Translations under genes and position numbers: made by a program
Notes under the pieces: model-generated
Told to the model about the DNA's origin: nothing
The model's database searches: none
What the model saw: only the letters and a program-made list of their open reading frames with translations
DNA from: Octopus sinensis
Lineage: Eukaryota
Direction of reading: 5' to 3'
Length of the DNA: 64,000 nucleotides
NCBI RefSeq assembly: GCF_006345805.1
Contig: NC_043026.1
Span: forward strand, 8,556,001 to 8,620,000
Part shown: positions 12,653 to 25,601 of the stretch, piece by piece
Numbering within the stretch: position 1 is the first letter of the stretch
Layout of the letters: each line of letters begins with the position of its first letter

Positions 12653-13672
12653 ATGGAGAAAGAATTCTCTGAAGTCAGTGTAAAATGTGAATCGCAGTTT
12701 GAAGAGAATGAGTCTCGTGAGGAATTATCAAAAGATTCGGTCAATTCATTTTACGATTGTGATATCTGTGGAAAGTCATTCTCTCAAAAAGGTAATCTGA
12801 ATATTCACAGACAGATTCATGCCAGACAAAAACCATATCACTGTGATATTTGTGGTAAATCCTTCTCTCAGAAGGGCAACTTCAATATTCACCGATACAT
12901 TCACACGGGAGAGAAACCATATCACTGTGATATTTGTGGTAAATCTTTCTCGCAAAAAAGTAGTTTAACAACACACAAACGTATTCACACGGGTAAGAAA
13001 CCCTATAGCTGTGATGTCTGCGATAAGTCATTTTCTGAGACAGGTGGCTTGACTACACACAAACGTATTCATACAGGAGAGAAGCCGTATCACTGTGACA
13101 TCTGTGATAAATCATTTTCTGGACGTGGCAACTTAGCTACCCACAAACGTATCCATACAGGCGAGAGGCCGTACCCTTGTGATATCTGTAGTAAATCATT
13201 CTCTCAGAAAGAGAGCTTAATAAATCACAAGTATGTTCATACAGGAGAGAAACCATTTCTCTGTGATATCTGTGGTAAATCATTCTCTCAAAGAAATAGC
13301 CTTGCTGAACACAAACACATTCATACAGGTGAGAAACCATTTGTATGCAATACCTGTGGGAAATCTTTCTCCGTAGGAAGTCACTTAATTAGACACAAAT
13401 CCATTCATACAGGAGAGAAGCCATATCACTGTGATGTCTGTGGTAAATCTTTTTCTCAGAATGGTATCTTAACGACACACAAACGGATTCATACAGGTGA
13501 AAAACCATATCAGTGTGATATCTGCAGTAAATCTTTTTCTCATAAAGGTAACTTAACTACACATAAAAATATTCATTCAGGAGAAAAGCAACACCAGTGT
13601 AATATCTCTGACCAGACATTCTCTCAAAATGATAACCTGACTATACATGTATATATCCATGCAAGAGAGTAA
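12653..13672 (+). CDS. C2H2 zinc-finger protein, 339 aa (acidic N-terminal leader, 10 fingers plus 1 degenerate)
   Basis: ORF starting MEKEFSE with HTGEKPY linkers; splice acceptor tttcag ending at 12317. Confidence 0.93.
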   Translation: MEKEFSEVSVKCESQFEENESREELSKDSVNSFYDCDICGKSFSQKGNLNIHRQIHARQKPYHCDICGKSFSQKGNFNIHRYIHTGEKPYHCDICGKSFSQKSSLTTHKRIHTGKKPYSCDVCDKSFSETGGLTTHKRIHTGEKPYHCDICDKSFSGRGNLATHKRIHTGERPYPCDICSKSFSQKESLINHKYVHTGEKPFLCDICGKSFSQRNSLAEHKHIHTGEKPFVCNTCGKSFSVGSHLIRHKSIHTGEKPYHCDVCGKSFSQNGILTTHKRIHTGEKPYQCDICSKSFSHKGNLTTHKNIHSGEKQHQCNISDQTFSQNDNLTIHVYIHARE

Positions 13673-14997
13673 CAATATCACTATGATGTGTGAAGGCACA
13701 TGGCTCAGTGGCTACAGCGTTGGGCTTACAATCATGAGGTAGTGAGTTTGATTCCTGGACTGTGTGGTAAGTAGCTTGCTTACACACCACACGGTTCTGG
13801 GTTCAGTCCCAATGCGTGGCATCTTGGGCAAGTGTCTTCTACTATAGACCCGAGCCGACCAATGCCTTGTGAATGGATTTGGTAGACGGAAACTGAAAGA
13901 AGCCCGTCGTATATATATGTATATAGGCGCAGGAGTGGCTGTGTGGTAAGTAGCTTGCTTACCAACCACATGGTTCTGGGTTCAGTCCAACTGTGTGGCA
14001 TCTTGGGCAAGGGTTTTCTGCTATAGCCCCGAGCCGACCAATGCCTAGTGAGTGGATTTGGTAGACGGAAACTGAAAGAAGCCTGTCGTATATATATATA
14101 TGTGTGTATGTGTCTGTGTTTGTCCCCCTAGCATTGCTTGACAACCGATTCTGGTGTGTTTACGTCCCCATCTGGGCTTACAAAGAATAAGTCCCAGGGT
14201 CGATTTGCACGACTAAAGGCGGTGCTCCAGCATGGCCGCAGTCAAATGACTGAAACAAGTAAAAGAGTAAAGAGAGACAAGTGAAATCATATTGTTGGCA
14301 TCTGTATTTGCTTTTTAGCATTCAGATCACTTTGTTGAGTGTAATACTCTTTTTATTCACGTTGTTTTAAATCTATCGTTCATTATGCCGTTGCCAGCGC
14401 CGCCCCGACTGGCCTCGTGCTGGGGCACGTAAAAAGCACCATCCGATTGTGGCCGTTTGCCAGCCTCGTCTGGCACGTAAAAAGCACCCACTACACTCAC
14501 GGAGTGGTTGGCGTTAGGAAGGGCATCCAGCCGTAGAAACACTGCCAGATCAGACTGGGCCTGGTGCAGCCTCCATGGCTTCCCAGACCCCAGTTGAACC
14601 GTCCAACCCATGCTAGCATGGAAAACGGACGCTAAACGATGATGATGATGATGATGATGATGATTATCTTGTAGTTTCAAGATATTAATGATGTGATTGT
14701 TTATTTTTTAGGATGTCTTTGTATGGGACATGTGGGAACCCAGATCTCTAGACGGGTCCTAAAATGGGTAGAATATCTGGGCCAGTTTAAATGCTAAAGA
14801 CTATTGAGACATGTATTTGGTTAACATGCATTGAAGAATTTTAGTGCAGCAAATCGACCCCACTACATATTTGTTTCTGTTTTTTTTTATACCTGGTCCT
14901 TATTTCATCAGTCTTTTTTGCTGAACCGCTAAGTTATGGAAATTTTAAACACACCAAAACTTGTAGCCAAGCAGTAGTGATTGACAAACACGGACAT

Positions 14998-15218
14998 TCA
15001 CACACACACACACTCACACTCTCACACATACACACTCACACACACACACACTCTCACACACACTCACACACACACAAACTCACATACATACACACACATA
15101 CACTCACAGACACACACACACACTCACACATACACACACACATTCACATACATACACACTCACACACATACACACACACATACACACACACCCACACATA
15201 CACACACATACACACACC
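14998..15218. repeat. Imperfect (CA)n microsatellite
   Basis: Direct inspection. Confidence 0.95.
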
Positions 15219-15307
15219 TTCATAAAGATGAGGAAACACACCACTGCAAAATCTGTAGTCACTGCTTCTCACAAACAGATCACTTAACTACACATACACT
15301 AGCGTAG
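15212..15307 (+). pseudogene. Isolated C2H2 finger relic
   Basis: Reads THLHKDEETHHCKICSHCFSQTDHLTTHT directly after a CA-rich microsatellite. Confidence 0.55.
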
Positions 15308-15958
15308 TGGGTGCAGTCTACCCCAGGTGGCACTTTTAAAGGGACACCACTCTTAGGTGTCTGCTGTAGGCAATATTTTCTTTGTGGGGTCCGAGAGTTG
15401 CAAACAGAAGGGCCACCCCGGGCGGCACACACTCTAGCTATGCTAGTGCACACACACGCACCTTCGTACACAAGGGAAACCACATTACTCTCTTTTACTT
15501 GTTTCAGTCATTTGACTGCGGCCATGCTGGAACACCGCCTTTAATCGAGCAACTCGACCCCGGGACTTATTCTTTTGTAAGCCCAGTACTTATTCTCTCG
15601 GTCTCTTTTGCCGAACCGCTAAGTGACGGCAACATAAACACACCAGCATCGGTTGTCAAGCAATGCTAGGGGGACAAACACAGACACACAAACATATACA
15701 CACACATACATATATATATATACGACGGGCTTCTTTCAGTTTCCGTCTACCAAATCCACTCACAAGGCATTGGTCGGCCCGAGGCTATAGTCGAAGGCAC
15801 TCGCCCAAGATACCACGCATGGGACTGAACCCGGAACCACATGGTTGGTAAGCAAGCCACTTACCACACAGCCACTCCTGCGCCTATCTGTAGTGAATGC
15901 TTCCCTTAAATAAATGCTTCCCTTAAATAAAGTGATTTGTGGAAGAAAAAATGTCGTA

Positions 15959-16285
15959 TCTTCTCTATATATAAAAGGCAGGTTGTCTGTCTGTGTGTCT
16001 GTCATGTTGTACCCTCACCCTGACCACGGCTTTCAACCGATTCTGATGAAACTTGACACACACATAGCCCAATGTCATAATTCAAAACTAACGCGGTGAA
16101 AATGTTGAAAAGTTCCCCCAGTTCTGAAAAAAATTCATAAATTCCTCCACTTCAAGCAGTCAACGAGGCAAAACATGACCAGACAACATAACCTTGACAT
16201 ACTTCTGCTAATCGCAGCTGCAGCCGCAAGTCGTTGCCTACTAGAGGTTCTTACATACCCGGGCAACGCTGGACTATGCTGCTAG
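15959..16285 (+). mobile_element. Non-autonomous Helitron; mirror copy 46104-46426 (-)
   Basis: 5' TC(T)TCTCTATATATAAA, 3' GC-rich subterminal CCCGGGCAACGCTGG then CTAG, inserted between A and T. Confidence 0.8.
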
Positions 16286-16562
16286 TGTAACAATAAATAT
16301 ATCCTATCAGGAAAGAAGATATCATTGTGTTATAACAACCTGTGGACAATATATTTTATGTAACCACAACAATATCTACCATTGTTGTATTTTTAATAAA
16401 AATTCTTCTTTTGTAATATTCTTCTATGTTCCATTATATTTCTTGAATGAAGAAAATATACTGTTGGTATATTTGTCAGTGTGTGTGTGTTAATCAGGGG
16501 CTGGCAAACTTTCCAGTTCACGGGCCGGATTGACCTTTGGCAGCGTGCTGGCAGGCCAGATT

Positions 16563-17242
16563 CAGGTAAAGGACCTGGGTGTCTTGGTGGATTCTTCCTT
16601 TTCGCCTTCAGCCCAGTGCGTCCATCCTACCAACAAAGCACGCGGAGTTCTGTTTTTGATTCGACGGTCATTCGGTATGTTCACAGCAGCCATATTCCTA
16701 CCGCTCTATGTCACGCTGGTGAGACCCATATTGGAGTATGGGATTCAAGCCTCTTCTCCTTATCTCCTCAAAGACATACATCATCTCGAACGAGTCCAGA
16801 AGCTGGCTACCCGCATGGTTCTTGGTCCCAAGAATTTGTCTTATGAAGAAAGGCTGAAGACGCTCGACCTTTATTCTCTAGAAAAACGACGATGCCGTGG
16901 TGATCTCATTCTTGCTCACGACATCATAAGCGGAAAGTGTAACCTCTTGAAAGAGCTGTTCTTCACTCCTGCTCCAGAGCGTCGGCTGCGGGGTCACTCC
17001 GAAAAGCTCTCTCTGCGACGATTTCATCTCAATCGAAGGAGAGGGGCTTTCTCCGTCCGGGTTGCGGATCCGTGGAATAAGCTGCCGGACGAGATAGTGA
17101 AGATGCCGACGACCGCTCGGTTCAAAGTCTCTCTTGACCAGAAATGGCCTGAACTCTTTGCATGAACACCCTCCCTGTACATAACTCCATGTCCCCCTAC
17201 ATGACCTTGCTTTTTGCTTTTTGAGCCAAAAATTAACTTAAC
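16563..17242 (+). mobile_element. 5'-truncated CR1-clade LINE (RT C-terminus and 3'UTR)
   Basis: KDLGVLVD...LYVTLVRPILEY...LERVQKLATRMV...SYEERL...RGDLI...WNKLP; TAAC-type tail; empty site in the mirror arm near 45820. Confidence 0.92.
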
Positions 17243-19381
17243 TGGTGCCTTCATGTATACCATTGGCTATTCACTTACGGTAGAACAATTTTGAGCCTTA
17301 CTAAGTAAATGTGGTTTTTAACCTTTTCCGTTCATGCAGTTTGCTCTTTCAATTTTTCTTCTTTGGCTCAAAATTCGTCAATGACAAACTATTAACACAT
17401 TAACGAACATGAAGGTGTTAAGAGCATTTAAATGTACCTCTTTACCCTTTTACTTGTTTCAGTCATTTGACTGTGGCCATGCTGGAGCAATGCCTTTTGT
17501 TGAGCAAATTAGTTTCCGTCTACCAAATCCACTCACAAGGCATTGGTAGGCCCGGGGCTATAGCAGAAGACAATTGCCCAAGATGCCACGCAGTGGGACT
17601 GAACCCGGAACCATGTGGTTGGTTAGCAAGCTACTTACCACACAGCCACTCCTGCACCTGTACCATGGGGGAACTTTTCATGGCTTCGAATGTATTTGCC
17701 TTTAAGGTGGCGAGCTGGCAGAAACATTAGCACGCCGGGCGAAATGCGTAGCCGTATTACGTCTGCCGCTAGGTTCTGAGTTCAAATTCCGCCGAGGTTG
17801 ACTTTGCCTTTCATCCTTTCGGGGTCGATAAATTAAGTACCAGTTATGTACTGGGTTTGATATAATCAACTTAATCTGTGTGTCTGTCCTTGTTTAGCCC
17901 CTTGTGGGTAGTAAAGAAATGGGTATTTCGTCTGCCGTTACATTCTGAGTTCAAATTCCTCCTAGGTCGACTTTACCTTTCATCCTTTTGGGGGTCGATA
18001 AATTAAGTACTAGTTATGTTCTGGGGTTGATGTAATCGACTTAATCCCCTTGTCTGTCCTTGTTCGTCCCCTCTTTGTTTAGCCCCTTGTGGGTAGTAAA
18101 GAAATGGGTATTTTGTCTGCCGTTACGTTCTGAGTTCAAATTATGCCGAGGTCGACTTTGCCTTTCATCCTTTCAGGGTCGATAAATTAAGTACCAGTTA
18201 CGAACTGGGGTCGATGTAATCGACTTAATTCGTTTCTCTGTCTTTGTTTGTCCCCTCTATGTTTTGCCCCTTGTGGGCAATAAAGAGATAGAATGTATTT
18301 GCTTTAAAAAGCTGTTGTCAAATCTTCATATCTATTGATACATGGAATTTACTGGTGAAAATTATTTTTGGCTTTTGTGCTATCAAGGCCTGTGTGGGGT
18401 TCTACGGTCAGGCATCTCAGTATGCATTGAGCGTGAATCTATGCGTTTTCCTCATGGTCATGTAGTGCGATTACTGTCAAATCCCAAAACGAAGGTATTG
18501 AAAAATAAATGTTAATGAAGGTTATTCAAGACCTACCAAAAATGCTCTGTGGGCTGAATTGAAATGCTCCGCAGGCCTCTGGTGTAAATAGATGAGATTG
18601 TATTTTTATATATCGGTGATATATAGGCTCAGGAGTGGCTGTGTGGTAAGTACCTTGCTTACCAACCACATGGTTCCGGGTTCAGTCCCACTGCGTGGCA
18701 CCCTGGGCAAGTGTCTTCTACTATAGCCACGGGCTGACCAAAGCCTTGTGAGTGGGTTTGGTAGACGGAAACTGAAAAAAGCCTGTCGTATATATGTATA
18801 TATATATGTGTGTGTGTGCGTGTATGTTTGTGTGTCTGTGTTTGTCCCCCTAGCATTGCTTGACAACCGATGCTGGTGTGCTTATGTCCCCGTCACTTAG
18901 CGGTTCGACAAAAGAGACCGATTGAGTACTGGGCTTACAAAGAATAAGTCCCGGGGTCGAGTTGCTCGACTAAAGGCGGTGCTCCAGCATGGCCGCAATC
19001 AAATGACTGAAACAAGTAAAAGAGTATAATATTAATGGTCATTGGGCTAGAAAAATAAATATATACCTATTTCTTTATTACCCACATGGGGCCTAAACAC
19101 AGAGAGGACAGACAAATGGATTAAGTCGCTTATGTCGACCCCAGTGCGTAACTGGTACTTAATTTATTGACCCCGAAAGGACGAAAGGCAAAGTCGACCA
19201 CGGCGGAATTTGAACTCGGAACGTAACGGCAGACGAAATACTGCCGAAGCGTATTTGTTGAAAACTTCATTAGAAAATGTGCCATTTCTGGAGGTCGACA
19301 ACTGCTGTCCACGCAATTGACTTCTGTCCACTCCCTCCCGAAATTGCTGGTCTTGTGTCAAAATGTGAAATCAGCATTTCA

Positions 19382-19652
19382 TACGCATGCGCACGAAACG
19401 TACTTCCGTCTCCATTCATTACATCTTGACAAATATGTCAGGTGCTGGGAGTTCTCTTAATTAACTCCCGAACGCGTTTAAGATACATCTCTCTCTATCA
19501 CCTGATAGAGAGATGCACTCATAACAACAACAACACCATCCTTTATAAAGACATTTCCGTGAGTATTAAACAACGAAAACATTTAATCTTTCAATACTTT
19601 GTGAATCAGATTTGATTGTTCCGCATTGGCTGCTATTTCTAGCTATGGCGGC
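19382..19652 (+). promoter_or_regulatory. Putative promoter of the 577 aa ZNF subfamily; mirror copy ~44555-44830, third copy ~56630-56900
   Basis: NRF1-like TACGCATGCGCA (19382), ETS-like ACTTCCG (19402), YY1-like ATGGCGGC (19645); locally CpG-rich; motif matches only. Confidence 0.5.
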
Positions 19653-20242
19653 AACCTCCTACACGCTCCATCGTTTCTTCTTCAAGTTTGTTTGTTGTGT
19701 GTTTTAGGTGGAGAAATATTCTTAAATAAACTCCAACCACAGAAATGCTGAGAATCCAATGCTTTATTATAATTTATCAAACCCTTGTTTCTTGATATAA
19801 GGTAAGGGACGAAACTTAGTAAGCGGGCAAAATGAGTAATTCCTCATTTCTTCCTACACGCTCCATCATTTCCACATTCGTTCGTTGTATTTTAGTTTGA
19901 GAAATATCCCCAAATACACTCCGACCACAGAAATGTTGAGAAACCAATGCTTTATTATAATTTATCGAATGCTTGCTTCTTGATATGGGCAGGCGGACGA
20001 AATTAGTAAGTGGGGCAAAATGAGTAATTTCCTAGTTTTCCCTTTTACGTTTCTTGGGTGTTTTTAGTTGGGGAAATATTCTTAAAATACATTCCAACCA
20101 CAGAAATGTTAAGAAACGAAGGAAAGGCTTCCTCCCGTCCCCTCGTTTACAAAAGGAAGTCTTGCCCTTTTTTTTTTTTACTCCCAGATATAATATAGTA
20201 ATACCAAATGATGAGGCATACTCACAATGTAATCATTTTATA

Positions 20243-20849
20243 GGTACTACTAGCGAACAGTGGTCCCGGTGCGCACACACGCATCCGTACTAGCTAGTCG
20301 AAACTAGTCGATCCTAAATAATTTTTTAAACTAATTAAATAAATTATTTTTATAAACAAATAGGCGTGGGAGTGGCTGTGTGGTAAGTAGCTTGCTTACC
20401 AACCACATGGTTCCGGGTTCAGTCCCATGCGTGGCATCTTGGGCGAGTGCCTTCGACTATAGCCTCGGGCCGACCAATGCCTTGTGAGTGGATTTGGTAG
20501 ACGGAAACTGAAAGAAGCCTGTCGTATATATATATATATGTATGTGTGTTTGTGTGTCTGTGTTTGTCTCCCTAGCATTTGCTTGACAACCGATGCTGGT
20601 GTGTTTGCGTCCCCGTCACTTAGCGGTTCTGCATAAGAGATCGATAGAATAAGTACTGGGCTTACAAAAAGAATAAGTCCCGGGGCCAAGTTGCTCGATT
20701 AAAGTCGGTGCTCCAGCATGGCCGCAGTCAAATGACTGAAACAAGTAAAAGAGTAAACCAGGGTTAGGATTAAAAAGTTGTTGTAGGATCGACTACTTAC
20801 GTCCAGCTAGCGTGGGCGCGCAGCGGGACCACTGTTCGCTAGTGGGACC
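20243..20849. mobile_element. TIR element (~70 bp TIRs) interrupted by a SINE; mirror copy 43359-43961, one-end copy near 168-236
   Basis: ACTAGCGAACAGTGGTCCCG...GTCGATCCTA and its inverse; flanks CATTTTATA / CATTTTATG. Confidence 0.7.
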
Positions 20850-22525
20850 CATTTTATGCAAGCTGGAAGAAAATAATGAGAAATGGGAAATTACTCATTT
20901 TGCCCCGCTTATTTTGTCCCCTTCACTATAAAAAGAAACGCATAAATTATAATAAAGCATTCGTTCGGGAGGAAGTCTTTCCGTACAGAAGTTGTTCGGT
21001 TGGCTGATCCTCTTTTTCCTGAACTTTGACCTCAGTGTAATTGAGGTTGCTAACAGAATATCGGGAAGAATGTTTGGTGTTTCAAGTTTCACAAAATGAC
21101 GTCTAAAATGGGGCAAAATGAGTAATGACTTGTTTTACTAATTTCTTCTTATATCAAGTTTTTTTGTTTTAAAAAAACCAGATTCGTAAATTTCATACCA
21201 TGTGCCATCCACCCCCCTCCAATCCTTTTTCATTTTACCAAAGTATTTAAACATGTTTTTGCATTTCTGATCTTTCTCATGTCGAAGGATTCGTGCTGGT
21301 GGTACATAAAAAGCATCATTCGAGTGTGGTCGTCGCCAGTGCTGCCTGACTGGCCTCGGGACAGTGGCATGTAAAAAGCACTCACTACACTCTTGGAGTA
21401 GTTGGCATTAGAAAGGGCATCCAGCTGTAGATGCAGCCTCTTAGCTTGCCAGTCCTTACTCAAACCGTCCAACCCATGCCAACATGGAAAGCGGACGTTA
21501 AACGATAATGATGATACAACGGGCTTCTCTCAGTTTCTCTCTACCAAATCCATGCACAAGGCTTTAGTTGGCCCGAGGCTGTAGTAGAAGACACTTGCCC
21601 AAGTGGGACTGAACCTGGGACCATGTGGTTGGGTTGGGAAACAAGCTTCTTAGAACACAGCCACTCCTGTGCCTAAACATATATATACATATATATATAT
21701 AACGGGAAGGTTTACGAAAATAAATAAAAGATGAAGGCAGGTGGAGTACAAACAACAAATGTTTAGTATGGCGCTCAGGAATAGAAATAGAAAAAGTCTT
21801 TTACATTTCGAGCCTACGCTTTCGTTTTTTTTTTTTTAATGTGTAGCTGGAGTTAAGAAATCTGTTAGCTTTACAAAAGATTTTCTGATGTTTTTGATAA
21901 TTAAAAAGTTCTGTTGTTCAGTTAAATGTTTGTTTCTAGAGTTATCTTTATGGAAATGTTGAATCTGTATTTTTTAAGTAGCCTCTATATCTTACACTTT
22001 TGTTTTTATTATTTCAGAATATCAGATGACATGGCATAACTGAAGATACACTCATTATTTATCAGCTTTTCAAAGACCAAATTGGAAATATTGTACAGAA
22101 CAGATATCAAGATTGTTTCTATAAATCTGTCTCTTACAACTGTTGTTTCTTTATTATTTCAGAATATCAGATGACGGTTGGCATAACTGAAGATACATTC
22201 TCATTATTTATCAGCTTTTTAAGACCAAAATGGAAATATTTTACAGAACAGATATATAAGATTGTTTCTATAAATCTATGGCAGAATTCCTCTGATATAT
22301 TTACTCTGAAATGTGTTATTAGTAAACCTTCTGGACATCACTGGCTGGAGTGTCTACAATGTGTCTCTTTGCAAATTAAACTTGGATAAATTTACTAACG
22401 AGTTTTTGGGACAAGGTAACACTGGACAGAAATACAGCAGTCGAAATACTTGCAAACAAAAGACTATAGAAGTACAAAGAAGAAAATATATATTTATTAT
22501 ATTGTGATTTTCAAAGAAAAAAATA

Positions 22526-23740
22526 ATGGAAAAGAGTGAGAACTAAAGGATCTGACTTTTCCAGAAGATAAAGAAAAAGGTAGACGAAAATCATCACATG
22601 ATTGTGATGTCTGTAAAAAGTCATTCTCTCGAAAAGGCAGCTTGAATATGCACAAACGTATTCATACAGGGGAGAAGCCATTTCACTGTGACGTCTGTGG
22701 TAAATCATTCTCTGACCCAAGTGCTTTAAATTATCACAAACACATTCATACAGGGGAGAAACCATATTCCTGTAATATCTGTGGTAAATCATTCCCTCGT
22801 AGCAGTGCGTTAACTCCTCACAAACGTATTCATACAGGAGAGACACCATATCACTGTGATACCTGTGGTAAATTATTTTCTTATAAAAGTGCTCTAACTA
22901 CTCATAAACGTATTCATACAGGAGAGACACCATTTCACTGTGAAATCTGTGGTAAATCATTCTCTCAAAGTGGCCACTTAGCTAAACATAAACGTTTCCA
23001 TACAGGAGAGAAGCCATATCCCTGTGATGTCTGTAACAAATCTTTCTCTAGCAGTAGTAACCTAACTACTCATATACGTATTCATACAGGAGAAACACCA
23101 TATTCTTGTGATATCTGTGGTAAATCATTCTCTCACATAAATTATTTGACTTTACACAAAAGTATTCATACAGGAGAGACACAATTTCACTGTGAAATCT
23201 GTGGTAAATCATTCTCTCAAAGTGGCCACTTGGCTAAACATAAACGTTTCCATACAGGAGAGACACCATATCATTGTGATATCTGTGGTAAATCTTTCTC
23301 TCAAAGTAGCAATTTAGTTGCTCATAAACGCTTCCATACTGGAGAGAGGCCATATCATTGTGATATCTGTGGTAAAATGTTTTCTGCAAGTATTTCCTTG
23401 ATTGTACACAAACGTATTCATACAGGAGAGAAGCCATATCAATGTGACATCTGTAACAAATCTTTCTCTGCCAGTAGTAACCTAATTGCCCATAAACGTA
23501 TTCATACAGGAGAGTCACCATTTCACTGTGAAATCTGTGGTAAATTATTTTCTCATAAAAGTGCTCTAACTATTCATAACGTATTCATACGGAGACGACA
23601 CATTTCACTGTGAAATCTGTGGTAAATCTTTCTCTCAAGTAGCAATTATGTGACGTCTGTAACAATCTTTCTCTGCCCAGTATACCTAATTACCCATAAA
23701 CGTATTCATACAAGAGAGACAACCAAATTATTGGTGACTA
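22526..23740 (+). pseudogene. Frameshifted C2H2 ZNF paralog of the 577 aa gene (about 12 fingers), or a gene carrying assembly indel errors
   Basis: ATG GAA AAG AGT GAG AAC TAA at 22526-22546 versus ATG GAA AAG AGC GAG AAA CTA in the paralog (1 nt deletion); finger frame open 22642..23613; several 1-nt indels after 23575. Confidence 0.75.
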
Positions 23741-25601
23741 GCAGAAAAACTACCCATAGGGTGGTTTTTCTGCTGAGTATTGTATTTTGCATATTGATAT
23801 ATATATATTATAAATATAGATATATATCTATAGATATATCTCATATATATATATATATTAAATCTCTGGACGAAGTATAAACAGTAACTGCACGACGAAG
23901 TGAGGTATATTTGCCATCTCAATATGGCTAACCACTAAGGGTGGGTGTTACTGTAGCTTTTAGCCCCAGGAGATCATCGTCTCCAGCTGGCTTTAGGCAC
24001 ACTACATGTGACCTTATGGTATTTGCAAAGGGAGGTCATCCTTCCCTCGTCAACCTAAGTGAAACGCACGGACTGCAGATTCTAGGTATTGACAGAAAGT
24101 GTGCCTAAAGCCAGCTAGAGACGATGTTCTCCTGGGGCTACAAGCTACAGTGACACCCACCCTTAGTGGTTAGCCATATTGAGATGGCTAGTATACCTCA
24201 CATATATATATTATTCCTCTTTTTCTCTCTCTTCTCTTCTCATGTGACTGATTGGCCTTTTGTGTCTGACCACGGTCACTGCCACATCAATATTCTTCCC
24301 TCTGCTGTAAGGCTTCATTTACCCAGGCTGGGTGCAAGAGACCGTTTCTGGGTAGTTTGAACATAAAATAGATGGAATATTTAGGCCAGCTATGGCTGGT
24401 TTAAATGCTAAAGAGTGGACACTAGATGTACCAACATTTCTTTCTTCTTACAAAGACCATAGCGGTCGTTTTTGACTCTCATTGAAAATCGCAATTAATA
24501 CAATTTATTTTAAATATCAGCAAATGCATTGAATAAAGGAATTGAAAATACATTCTTTTATCATTTATTTACATGCAAAAAATATATATCTATACACATA
24601 TATAAAATGATGCTCATGATTGCTCATTCAATAGAGTTGTAGAAATTAAAAAGTAATAAGCAGAATTAGTGATAAATGACCGCTCGGTACTTCTGGTGTT
24701 AACTAAATGTGTATCTATTCATATAGATGTGTGACTATCAATGTGACAGTCCATAAGAAAAATAAGCATTTTGAGCTCCTCCTAAATTGGTGATAGTGTT
24801 GTAGGCATTCTGCTTGGCAGTAACCTAGCTATTCATCAGGGGATTGCTATAATTGTCAAAGTTCCTTCTATGCCAAAAAAAGAAAACAAATAAGGGACAC
24901 TCTCTCTAATTGTAAAGAGATAGAACAGTGTGTGTTAACAACCTCCCAACTCTATAGCTTATCTCACCACATCTCAGGTAACTTACCTGTGGGATATTTT
25001 TGTTTTTGATAAAAGCCATTTCCTCCAGATTTTAAAAATAGTTGTAATAAATAAATCACATTGAATTTACGTGGTTCTTCTTGTCATTCTTTTGTATTCG
25101 GTAACTCCAGGCAGACAGACTAGACCGGTGAATGCATAACCAACACACAGCTACATCAAGATGAACCAGCCGCAGTCAACTTAAATAAAACTCATAACCA
25201 ACACTCATTATACGTATATGTGTCTGTGTTGGTCTCCCAGATATGAATCCTTAATTATATTATTTTTTTTTTTAAATCATGTGTACTTATATATGTGTTT
25301 ATAAATATGAAAATGTACGTATATAGGTGTGTGTGTGTGTTTCATGTGGGAAAAATTCTGGAGGGAAATACGAATTCACTCATCTATTTAAATGGGGATA
25401 TGCTAATTAGCTTCTGTATGCCCCGATGTCGCCCGATCGGAAATATGGAGGGTAAGATTTCCTAGCATTTCTAGATTTATTTACCGGAATATTATGTTGA
25501 TAAAGGAAATGAATCTTTGATTCTAATCCAGAAACGTGCGTCCATAATCGACCGTGGACTGTTTGATTTCATTATTTTTCTTCTTTTTTTGCTACATAAT
25601 G

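Noticed and set aside
14977-15307. His/Thr-rich ORFs
   Set aside because: Translation of a (CA)n microsatellite
19490-19513. TCTCTCTATCA-CC-TGATAGAGAGA resembles a tet operator
   Set aside because: Spacing differs from tetO, it lies in native duplicated DNA, it is not conserved in the third paralog, and there is no vector context
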